Assembly: GCA_963727485.1 (NCBI GenBank)
Contig: CAVSGM010000010.1
Span: forward strand, 1 to 14,216
Source of the DNA: an uncultured delta proteobacterium
GTDB lineage: Bacteria; Myxococcota; Myxococcia; SLRQ01
DNA length: 14,216 nucleotides
Reading direction: 5' to 3'
In this document: positions 1-7,019 of the stretch, piece by piece
Layout: each line of letters opens with the position of its first letter
Numbering within the stretch: the first letter of the stretch is position 1
Notes under the pieces: model-generated
What the model saw: the letters and a program-made list of their open reading frames with translations, nothing else
Database searches by the model: none
What the model was told of the DNA's origin: nothing
Program-made: the position numbers and the translations under genes

Positions 1-838
1 GCCACCCGGGCCGCCGGCGGCGATGCCCGGATGACCCTGGGGCTCGCCTCCGGCCCGGTGGAGGTCCGCGCCGCGCCCCTGGAGGAGGGCGGCCGGGTCC
101 TGGTGCTCCGACCCCCGGGGGCGCTTCGCGGGCCTCGCCGAGGACGAGGCCGAGCTCGCCCGGGTCACCGCCCTGGCCGCGGGCCTCGCCCACGAGATTA
201 AGAACCCCCTGGCCGGCCTCGAAGGGCGCCGCCGACCTCCTCGCCCGGGAGGCCGGCGCTACAGCCCCCTGGCCGACTACGGCAAGGTCATCGCCCGGGA
301 GGCCGCCCGCCTCGACGACCTGGTGCGCGGGCTCCTCGATCTCGCCCGGCCCAGGCCCCCGGCGAGGCGCCCGGTGGACCTCCACGTCCTCCTCGACGAG
401 GTGCTCCTCCTCGCCACCGCCGAGGCCCCGGGGATCACCGTGGTCCGCCGCTACGATCCCTCGCTCCCGGCGCTCCCCGGCGACCGGGACCAGCTGGTGC
501 AGGTGCTCTTGAACCTCCTCAACAACGCGGTGGAGGCCATGGCCGGCGACCGGGGCACCCTCACCGTCGCCACCGGCCTCGCCCTGGGCCTCGCCACCGG
601 CAGCGCCGCGACCGGCCGAAGGACCATGGCCCAGGTGGTGGTCGAGGACGAGGGCCCGGGCTTCGCTCCCGAGGTCCTCGACCGGCCCTTCACCCCGTTT
701 CTCACCACCAAGGCCTCGGGCACCGGCCTCGGCCTCGCCCTCGCCCGGCGCCTCACCGAGGCCCACGGCGGGCTCCTCGAGCTCGCCCAGCGCCCGGGTG
801 GGGGCGCCCGGGTGCGGGTGCTCCTCCCGGTGGTATAG
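1..838 (+). CDS. NtrB/GlnL-like sensor histidine kinase (HisKA + HATPase_c), 5'-truncated by the window, with apparent indel errors
   Basis: H-box LAAGLAHEIKNPLAGL (frame 2, ~173-220). NtrB-type RRYDPSLPALPGDRDQLVQVLLNLLNNAVEA (N-box), G1 EDEGPG, F-box PFLTTK, G2 GTGLGL; TAG at 836-838. Plausible coding reads frame 1 for ~1-120 and frame 3 for ~222-265 (KGAADLLAREAG), implying small indels. Confidence 0.85.
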
Positions 839-839
839 A
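831..839 (+). promoter_or_regulatory. Putative extended -10 element (TGG-TATAGA) for recX
   Basis: AT-rich TGGTATAGA in GC-rich DNA. It overlaps the kinase stop codon and ends 6 nt before the ATG at 846. Confidence 0.4.
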
Positions 840-845
840 GGCCCC

Positions 846-1385
846 ATGGCTGCGCCCGACCCCGACGATTGCGAGGCCGCCTTCGAGGCCGCCGGCCGCC
901 TCCTCGCCCACCGGGCCCGGTCGGTGGCCGAGCTCGAGAGCCGCCTCGCCCGGAAGGGCTTCGACGCCGGGACCGTGGCCGCGACCCTCGCCCGCCTCGC
1001 CGATCTGCGCCTCCTCGACGACGCCGCCTTCGCCCGGGACCGGGCCGCCGGCCTGGCCCGCCGGGGGAGCGGCCCCAGGCTCATCCGGGCCCGCCTCGCC
1101 GCCGCCGGGATCACCGGGGAGGCCGCCCAGGCGGCCCTCGGGGCCGCCCTCGAGGACGGCGAGGACGCCCTGGCCCGGCGGACCCTGGGCCGGCGCTACG
1201 GGGACCTCTCCGAGGCCGACCGGGACACCCGCCGGAAGGCCGCGGCGTACCTGGTGCGCCGGGGCTTCTCCCCTGAGGTGGCCGGCCGCGTCGCGGGGGT
1301 GTTCTCCGACGGGGGGGCGCGATCCCCGACGGGGGGTGCGATCCCCGCCCGGGCGCCGGGCCCCCACTCGACGGGCGGCGAATGA
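846..1385 (+). CDS. recX: Regulatory protein RecX (179 aa)
   Basis: AGRLLAHRARSVAELESRLARKGF ... LLDDAAFA ... GSGPRLIRARL ... AAAYLVRRGFS match the three RecX helical repeats. ATG at 846 is in frame with ORF 798..1385. Confidence 0.9.
   Translation: MAAPDPDDCEAAFEAAGRLLAHRARSVAELESRLARKGFDAGTVAATLARLADLRLLDDAAFARDRAAGLARRGSGPRLIRARLAAAGITGEAAQAALGAALEDGEDALARRTLGRRYGDLSEADRDTRRKAAAYLVRRGFSPEVAGRVAGVFSDGGARSPTGGAIPARAPGPHSTGGE
1306..1344 (+). repeat. Imperfect tandem duplication in the recX 3' tail
   Basis: ccgacgggggggcgcgatcc (1306-1325) followed by ccgacggggggtgcgatcc (1326-1344). Confidence 0.7.
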
Positions 1386-1407
1386 AGTGCTAACCGTCCC
1401 GGTTCCC

Positions 1408-2334
1408 ATGACCATGAAGCGCCAGAGCCTCGTCTTCGTCGTAGCCGCCGCCCTGGCCGGCCCCGGGTGTGCCACCATCCACTGGCGGGGTGCCCAGCCC
1501 AAGGCGGGCACCCACACCTACCGGGACAAGGCCCACAACGCCTACCAGGACGCCATGAACGCCATGGACGCCCACGACTGGAAGGTGGCCCTGGACCGGC
1601 TGCGGAACGTCAAGGACCACTTCCCCTACTCCAAGTACGCGGCGCTGGCCGAGGTGCGCATCGGCGACGCCTTCTACGGCCAGGACAAGTACCTGGAGGC
1701 CGCGGACGCCTACGCGCGCTTCGCCAAGGTCCGCCCGGGCAACCCCGAGGCCCCCTACGCCGCCTACCGCACCGGCGTGGCCTACATGCGCCAGGCGCCG
1801 TCGACCTTCTTCCTCTTCCCGCCGGCCTACGAGAAGGACCTCTCCGACGTGAGGAAGGCCATCGCGGCCCTCGAGGGCTTCCTCGACACCTACCCCAGCA
1901 GCAAGTTCCGCCCGAAGGCCCAGAAGCTCCTCCAGACCGCCCGGGACCGGCTCATCGACCACGAGATGTACGTGGCCGACTTCTACCGCCGGCACCACAA
2001 GTGGCGTGGGATGGCCTGGCGCCTCCAGGGGGTGCTGGCGAAGTACCCGGGGAAGGGCTACGACGCCCGGGCCAAGGTCGGCCTCGCCGACGCCTACCTC
2101 CACTACGACGAGCCCCGGGTCGCCGACGCCCGCAAGCTCCTGGCCGAGGTGCTCAAGGGGCACCCCTCGGCGGCGGTGAAGGCCCGGGCCGAGTCCCTGG
2201 AGAAGGACCTGGCCCAGGTGAAGACCGCCGCGCCCAAGGCCAAGGCCGCCGCCGCGCCCAAGGCCGCCAGCGCTGGCGACGCCCACGGCGCCCCCTCGGC
2301 GCCCACCGCCGCGACCGGCGCCGGCGGCTCGTGA
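1408..2334 (+). CDS. bamD: Outer membrane protein assembly factor BamD (YfiO/ComL) lipoprotein
   Basis: Signal peptide with Cys (LAGPGC). Motifs HFPYSKYAALAEVRIGDAFY, RPGNPEAPYAAY, YPSSKF, HEMYVADFY are typical of BamD TPR repeats. Start is ATG 1408 or 1414. Ala/Lys/Pro low-complexity tail. Confidence 0.92.
   Translation: MTMKRQSLVFVVAAALAGPGCATIHWRGAQPKAGTHTYRDKAHNAYQDAMNAMDAHDWKVALDRLRNVKDHFPYSKYAALAEVRIGDAFYGQDKYLEAADAYARFAKVRPGNPEAPYAAYRTGVAYMRQAPSTFFLFPPAYEKDLSDVRKAIAALEGFLDTYPSSKFRPKAQKLLQTARDRLIDHEMYVADFYRRHHKWRGMAWRLQGVLAKYPGKGYDARAKVGLADAYLHYDEPRVADARKLLAEVLKGHPSAAVKARAESLEKDLAQVKTAAPKAKAAAAPKAASAGDAHGAPSAPTAATGAGGS
2227..2265 (+). repeat. 15-nt direct repeat encoding AAPKA twice in the BamD tail
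   Basis: gccgcgcccaaggcc at 2227-2241 and 2251-2265. Confidence 0.6.
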
Positions 2335-2996
2335 CCCCGGCCCGGCGGCGCCGCGTCGCCTCGGCCCTCGCCACCGCCGCCCTCGCCACCGGCCTCGCCG
2401 GCTGCCACGACCTCGCGGCCCTGCTCACCGGACCCAAGGTCCAGGTGACCATGGCGCTGCGGGCCCTGGGGAAGCGCCCCCTCGAGGCCCCGGGCACCCG
2501 GCTCACCGCCCGCTTCGTCAGCGACACCGTCGAGGTCGACGGCCCCCACGCCATCGCCTACGCCCGGGGCGAGGTGAGCGGCACCTACCGGAAGGTGAAG
2601 ACCGAGTGCGTGTGCATCGAGGCGGTCCACTTCGTGCGCCAGGGCGGCCGCTGGACCCCCGACGGCTTCCCGCTGCGGCGCCTGAAGGCGGTCTTCGACG
2701 CCCTCGACGCCCGTCAGCGCGCCTTCGAGCAGGGGGACGTGGCCGCCTACCTGGCGCTCGCCTCGCCCCGCTACCACGACGGTGACACCGACCGCGCCGC
2801 CCTCGCCACCCGCCTGAAGGCCCTCTTCGCCAAGGGCCCGGGACCCCACGAGACCATCGTCGCCCGGGACCTCCGGGTGGAGCGGGATCGGGCCCTGGTC
2901 ACCGAGACCTGGAAGATTGGCGCGCACCGGGGCCGGGCCCACTACACCCTGCGCCGGGAGGGCGACAACTGGCGCTTCACCACCGGGCTGCTGTAG
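2331..2996 (+). CDS. Hypothetical lipoprotein with NTF2-like (SnoaL/DUF4440-like) fold(s), 221 aa
   Basis: GTG start overlaps the bamD stop (GTGA). Basic N-terminus, hydrophobic stretch and LAGC lipobox. [18 protein letters not shown] and [12 protein letters not shown] are NTF2-like patterns. It is the 3' part of ORF 1467..2996. Confidence 0.75.
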   Translation: MTPARRRRVASALATAALATGLAGCHDLAALLTGPKVQVTMALRALGKRPLEAPGTRLTARFVSDTVEVDGPHAIAYARGEVSGTYRKVKTECVCIEAVHFVRQGGRWTPDGFPLRRLKAVFDALDARQRAFEQGDVAAYLALASPRYHDGDTDRAALATRLKALFAKGPGPHETIVARDLRVERDRALVTETWKIGAHRGRAHYTLRREGDNWRFTTGLL

Positions 2997-2999
2997 GTT
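2994..2999 (+). promoter_or_regulatory. Putative -10 element (TAGGTT) for the TPR gene
   Basis: TAnnnT hexamer using the upstream TAG stop, 8 nt before ATG 3008. The spacer has no Shine-Dalgarno sequence. Confidence 0.35.
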
Positions 3000-3007
3000 T
3001 CCCTCGT

Positions 3008-3766
3008 ATGGACGACGGTCTCAAGCACCTCCTCGCCCTCGGCCGAGGCCACTACCAGCGCAAGGAGTACGCCCGGGCGGAGAAGTACCTGTCCCAGGTG
3101 GTCGAGCGCAGCCAGTCCTTCGCCGACGTCTACAACATGCTCGGGGTCATCTACCACGACCAGGGACAGTTCTCGAAGGCGCGCCGCGCCTTCGAGGCGG
3201 CGCTGCGTCTCAACCCCGGCTACACCGAGGCGGCGCTCAACCTGGCGGTGATCTACAACGACATGGGCCGCTACCAGGAGGCCAAGGAGGTCTACACCCG
3301 GGCCCTCCAGCGCTCGGCCTCCGCCCCCGGCGAGATGGACCCCTTCGTTCGCGGCAAGATCGCCAACATGTACGCCGACATCGGCGACGCCTTCGTCTCG
3401 AGCGCCATGTGGGACGACGCCATCCGCGAGTTCCGCAACGCCCTGGCGCTGTGCCCCGACTTCGTCGACATCCGGATGAAGCTCGCCGCGGCGCTCCGCG
3501 ACAAGGGCGACAAGGACGAGGCCGTCGCCGAGCTCCGCCGGGTGGTGGAGACCAAGGACAGCTTCCTCCCCGGCCACATCGCCCTCGGCGTGGCCCTCTA
3601 CTCCGCCGGGCAGCTCGACCAGGCGCTGGCCACCTGGGAGGCGGTCCTCGACCGCAGCCCCGGCAACCGCACCGCGGAGATGTACCTCAACCTCGTGCGG
3701 CGCGGCGCCAGCCCCGACGAGGTCACCTCCGCCGGAAGCGACGGGGGCGAAGGCAGCGGGACGTGA
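3008..3766 (+). CDS. Tetratricopeptide repeat protein (cytoplasmic, myxobacterial type), 252 aa
   Basis: Multiple TPR units ([79 protein letters not shown]). Strong GC3 codon bias; no signal peptide. Confidence 0.9.
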   Translation: MDDGLKHLLALGRGHYQRKEYARAEKYLSQVVERSQSFADVYNMLGVIYHDQGQFSKARRAFEAALRLNPGYTEAALNLAVIYNDMGRYQEAKEVYTRALQRSASAPGEMDPFVRGKIANMYADIGDAFVSSAMWDDAIREFRNALALCPDFVDIRMKLAAALRDKGDKDEAVAELRRVVETKDSFLPGHIALGVALYSAGQLDQALATWEAVLDRSPGNRTAEMYLNLVRRGASPDEVTSAGSDGGEGSGT

Positions 3767-4431
3767 GCCGCGGCTGGTCCCTGGGGAAGCTCTTCGGCTT
3801 CCCCCTCTACCTCGATCCCAGCGCGGTGCTGGTCCTGGCGCTCATCCTCTTCATGGGCGGATGGGGCAACCTGGTCACCAGCGGCGTCTTCGTCCTCGCC
3901 ATCGCCGTCTCGGTGGTGATCCACGAGCTCGGCCACGCGGTGGTCATCAAGGCCATGGGCTGGGACGCGGAGATCGTCATCCACGGCTTCGGGGGGGTGA
4001 CCCTCTCCCAGAGCCGGCCCCGGCCCTGGCAGCAGGTGGGCATCAGCCTCGCCGGCCCGGTGATGAACGGCCTGCAGATGGGCGTGGCCTTCGCCCTGCT
4101 CCTGGCCCTCGGCGACCCCCTGCGTCTGACCGGCGTCGGGGCCTCCGCCTCGCTCCCCATCCTCTTTCTCGACAACTTCTTCCTGGTGAACCTGCTCCTC
4201 GGCGTCTTCAACATCCTCCCCATCTACCCCCTCGACGGGGGCCAGGCGTTCCAGTCCGTGCTCCGGGTCTTCGTCCCCGCCCGGGCCCAGCAGGTGACCG
4301 CCTACGTGGGGCTGGTGCTCTCGGTCCTGGTCTGCGCCTACGGGGCGGCGACGCGGTGGTGGTTCCTGCTCTTCATCGCGGTCTTCCTCCTGGCCCAGAA
4401 CTGGAACATGCTCCGGGCCCAGACCACCTAG
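3763..4431 (+). CDS. Site-2 protease, peptidase M50 family (SpoIVFB-like membrane metalloprotease), 222 aa
   Basis: GTG overlaps the TPR stop (GTGA). HELGH zinc motif (3922-3936), GFGG, ISLAGP and [12 protein letters not shown] motifs; multiple transmembrane segments. Confidence 0.92.
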   Translation: MSRGWSLGKLFGFPLYLDPSAVLVLALILFMGGWGNLVTSGVFVLAIAVSVVIHELGHAVVIKAMGWDAEIVIHGFGGVTLSQSRPRPWQQVGISLAGPVMNGLQMGVAFALLLALGDPLRLTGVGASASLPILFLDNFFLVNLLLGVFNILPIYPLDGGQAFQSVLRVFVPARAQQVTAYVGLVLSVLVCAYGAATRWWFLLFIAVFLLAQNWNMLRAQTT

Positions 4432-4478
4432 GGAATCGCGCTGGCAAAGCACCAAGGTCCCTGATATTGCATGGGATC

Positions 4479-4505
4479 GACGCGGGTCTGCCGTGACCCG
4501 CCGTC
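4479..4505 (+). other. Stem-loop in the intergenic region upstream of the FHA gene
   Basis: gacgcgggtc-tgccgt-gacccgccgtc: 10-bp stem with one bulge and no U-tract. Confidence 0.5.
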
Positions 4506-4541
4506 GTTGGAGAGGCACCGGCGGCCGAAGGGTCCCTGAAG

Positions 4542-5447
4542 ATGCACGCGCTCAAGTTCATCAGCGGGAAGTACCAGGGCGGCGAGTTCCCCCTGCGCGC
4601 CAACCGCGAGATCGTCATCGGTCGGTCCAGCGACCTCGACATGGTCCTGGTCGAGGACATGGTCTCCCGCAAGCACGCCAAGATCGTCACCAGTGAAGAG
4701 AACGTGGTGATCCAGGATCTGGGCAGCACCAACGGGACCTTCGTCAACGGCGAGAAGATCAAGAAGGCCCGCCTCAAGGAGGGCGACCGGATCCTCATCG
4801 GCACCAGCATCCTCAAGCTGGTGCACAAGGCCGAGGGGGCGAGCGCCGCCGACGAGGCCGCCGCCAAGGACGCCCTGGCCCAGGCGGCCAGCCAGAAGCG
4901 CTCCGACTCCACCATGAGCGGGCGCATCGAGGACGTCCCGGTCCCCGACCTCCTCCAGCTCTTCCAGACCAGCAAGCGCAGCGGCGTCCTGGTCATCAAG
5001 GGCGACCAGACCGGCAAGATCTACCTGCGCGACGGACGGGTCTACTACGCCATCATCGGCGACGACCACGACCTCGGGCCCCAGAAGTCGTTCAACCGCA
5101 TGGTCGCCTGGGAGCAGGGCGTCTTCGAGCTCACCCCGCCCACCGGCGAGGAGTTCATGATCGAGCTCGACGAGTCCACCGAGGCCCTGCTGATGGAGGC
5201 CCTCCGGCAGCTCGACGAGCTCCGGCGGATCCAGGCCGAGCTCCCGCCGCTGGGGTCCCAGCTGGCCCTGGAGACCCCCCTGGCCGCGCCGCTCCGGGAC
5301 CTCGAGCCCGAGCAGCTCGACACCCTGCAGCTGGTCATCAACTTCCAGACCCTGCAGGACATCCTCGACGGGGCCGACGGCACCGACCTCGAGACCTCGC
5401 AGGCCCTCCTCCGGCTCCTGCGCAAGGGCTACATCCGAGAGGCGTAG
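4542..5447 (+). CDS. FHA domain + DUF4388 (PATAN-like) protein, 301 aa
   Basis: FHA signature IGR...VSRKHA...DLGSTNGTFVNG. DUF4388-like MSGRIEDVPVPDLLQLFQTSKRSGVL...GKIYLRDGRVYYA...LLMEALRQLDE. Confidence 0.9.
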   Translation: MHALKFISGKYQGGEFPLRANREIVIGRSSDLDMVLVEDMVSRKHAKIVTSEENVVIQDLGSTNGTFVNGEKIKKARLKEGDRILIGTSILKLVHKAEGASAADEAAAKDALAQAASQKRSDSTMSGRIEDVPVPDLLQLFQTSKRSGVLVIKGDQTGKIYLRDGRVYYAIIGDDHDLGPQKSFNRMVAWEQGVFELTPPTGEEFMIELDESTEALLMEALRQLDELRRIQAELPPLGSQLALETPLAAPLRDLEPEQLDTLQLVINFQTLQDILDGADGTDLETSQALLRLLRKGYIREA

Positions 5448-5475
5448 CCGCCCGCCTGCCGCGCCCCGCCCCTGC

Positions 5476-6939
5476 CTACGGGCACTGGGTGGCGGAGGCG
5501 CAGAGGATCCCGCTGGGCGCGGTGTTGGGCGGGAGGCTCTCGGTGGTGGTGCTGGCGGTGGGGTAGGGCGTGCGCGAGATGTCGATCGCGCTGATGTTCC
5601 AGGGCTCGTTGGTCGTGGTCACCGTGGGGTCGATGGTGTTGGTGATCACGAAGTTGACGTCCTTGTTCTGGAGGTAGGTCGCCCGGGCGTTGATGCCGTT
5701 GAGGGCGCCGGTGTCCGGGTCGAAGGTGAGCCCCGAGTAGTTCGAGGGGAGGTTGGCGCTGTCCGGGGCCACGGTGGCGTCGTTGGCGTTGACGGTGATG
5801 CTCATGGTGTCCGAGCCGCCGTCGGGCAGCGACGCCACCGGGTTGAGGTTCTGGTCGAGGAGGGTGACCCCGATGGTGGCGCTGTCCCCGGGCTTGATGT
5901 TGACCACGTTGCTCCCGCTGCTGCCCCCGGTCCCGGTGGTGTGCCACAGGGCCAGGCCCGCCTTGGCCGGCGCCGCCCCGTCCACCGGACCGGTCATCAG
6001 CACCTTGACCCAGCGCCAGATGGCGGTGGTGCCGGCGCCCGAGGGGCCGGAGTAGGCGCCGTTGCCGTCGGCGTCGTAGTACTGCTCGCCGGGGTCGAAG
6101 GTGCCGTTGTCGTTGGCGTCGACGAAGGGCTCACCGTGGAGTGCGTCCTGGGAGGCGTCGGGCTTGCCCATGGTCCACACCACCAGGGTGGCGATGCCGT
6201 CCCGGGGGTTGTGGGTGATGCCGCCGGTGTTCTCGGTCCACCGGGGCTCGCCGGTGTCGATGGCGCCCGCGGCCGGCACGTCCTTGGGGTGGTCGCCGGG
6301 GTTGACCTCCCACACCAGGGCCCCGGTGTCGGGGTCGAGCTTGAGGTTGCCGGCCTCGGTGAGGAAGTGGAACCGGTTGGTGTCGACGATCACGTCGTTG
6401 CCGTTGACGTCCTTGGCCGAGAGCTGGCAGGGGACGTCCACCGGGCCGGCGCCGGGCGGGGGCACGCCCAGGTTCTCGATGGCGCAGGAGAACTTGAAGC
6501 TCGCCCCGTCCACCGGCGGCGGCGCCACCACCTGCACCGGGGCCTCGGCCTGGTGGGTCTCTTCGTAGTCGTCGGTGAACGACCCGCTGATCTTGTAGTC
6601 GCCCAGGGTCTGGGGCGGGTACCACTTGACCGTCGCCGCCCCGGCCGTGGTGGAGAGGGCGGTGGTGGTCAGGGTGGGGTCGGTGGGGTCGAAGCTGCCG
6701 GCGCTCACCGTGAGGTTGATGGTGGTCCCGTCCGCCGCCGCGGCCTTCTGGAACACCGCCCGGGCCTCCACGGTCGCGGTCGACTTCCCGTCGGCGGGGA
6801 CCTGGTCCGGGTTCACGGTGATGGTGAGGAAGCTGCCTCCGCCGCCGCCGCAACCGGTGGGACCGGTGATCAGGAGGGCGCCGGCGACGAGGCCGGCGAG
6901 GAGCGGAGCGAGAGCCTGGAGTCGGTTGGGACGGCGCAT
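5476..6939 (-). CDS. Surface lipoprotein with bacterial Ig-like (Big_1-type) domain and DxDxNG-like Ca-binding repeats, 487 aa
   Basis: Signal peptide ending TGC plus poly-Gly linker. VPADGKSTATVEA is typical of invasin/intimin Big_1 domains. NPRDG...GEPFVDANDNGTFDPGEQYYDADGNGAYSG motifs; Thr/Gly/Asp/Asn-rich; minus-strand codon bias. Confidence 0.8.
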   Translation of the reverse strand: MRRPNRLQALAPLLAGLVAGALLITGPTGCGGGGGSFLTITVNPDQVPADGKSTATVEARAVFQKAAAADGTTINLTVSAGSFDPTDPTLTTTALSTTAGAATVKWYPPQTLGDYKISGSFTDDYEETHQAEAPVQVVAPPPVDGASFKFSCAIENLGVPPPGAGPVDVPCQLSAKDVNGNDVIVDTNRFHFLTEAGNLKLDPDTGALVWEVNPGDHPKDVPAAGAIDTGEPRWTENTGGITHNPRDGIATLVVWTMGKPDASQDALHGEPFVDANDNGTFDPGEQYYDADGNGAYSGPSGAGTTAIWRWVKVLMTGPVDGAAPAKAGLALWHTTGTGGSSGSNVVNIKPGDSATIGVTLLDQNLNPVASLPDGGSDTMSITVNANDATVAPDSANLPSNYSGLTFDPDTGALNGINARATYLQNKDVNFVITNTIDPTVTTTNEPWNISAIDISRTPYPTASTTTESLPPNTAPSGILCASATQCP

Positions 6940-6947
6940 GACCCAGG

Positions 6948-6953
6948 ATTCTA
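6948..6953 (-). promoter_or_regulatory. Putative -10 element (TAGAAT) for the Ig-like lipoprotein gene
   Basis: Reverse complement of attcta is TAGAAT, 8 nt before the ATG at 6939. Weak -35-like TCGCCC (6971-6976) at 17-nt spacing. Confidence 0.55.
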
Positions 6954-6984
6954 GCCGAGTGGCAGCCCGCGGGCGAGCCCGCGC

Positions 6985-7013
6985 TTGCCGGCCCCCGGGC
7001 CCGGCGGTACAAC
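6985..7013 (+). promoter_or_regulatory. Putative sigma70 promoter for the diguanylate cyclase
   Basis: TTGCCG (6985-6990), 17-nt spacer, TACAAC (7008-7013), then 6 nt to ATG 7020. Confidence 0.55.
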
Positions 7014-7019
7014 CGGGGC

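Noticed and set aside
1467..2330. Long N-terminal extensions of ORFs 1467..2996, 2917..4431 and 6626..8383
   Set aside because: They overlap real genes in another frame and are Arg/Pro/Gly-rich. The true starts are the GTGs at 2331, 3763 and 7997, overlapping upstream stops.
4442..4471. Sigma54 promoter (TGGCA ... TTGCA)
   Set aside because: No GG-N10-GC spacing: TGGCA and TTGCA are too far apart, and the other GG gives 11 nt.
4443..4490. c-di-GMP-I (GEMM) riboswitch suggested by GCAAAGC...GGTC
   Set aside because: The GNRA-capped first hairpin and the remaining consensus are absent, and there is too little room after the upstream stop codon.
5448..5475. Terminator between the convergent FHA and Ig-lipoprotein genes
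   Set aside because: C-rich 28-nt spacer without a convincing stem or U-tract on either strand.
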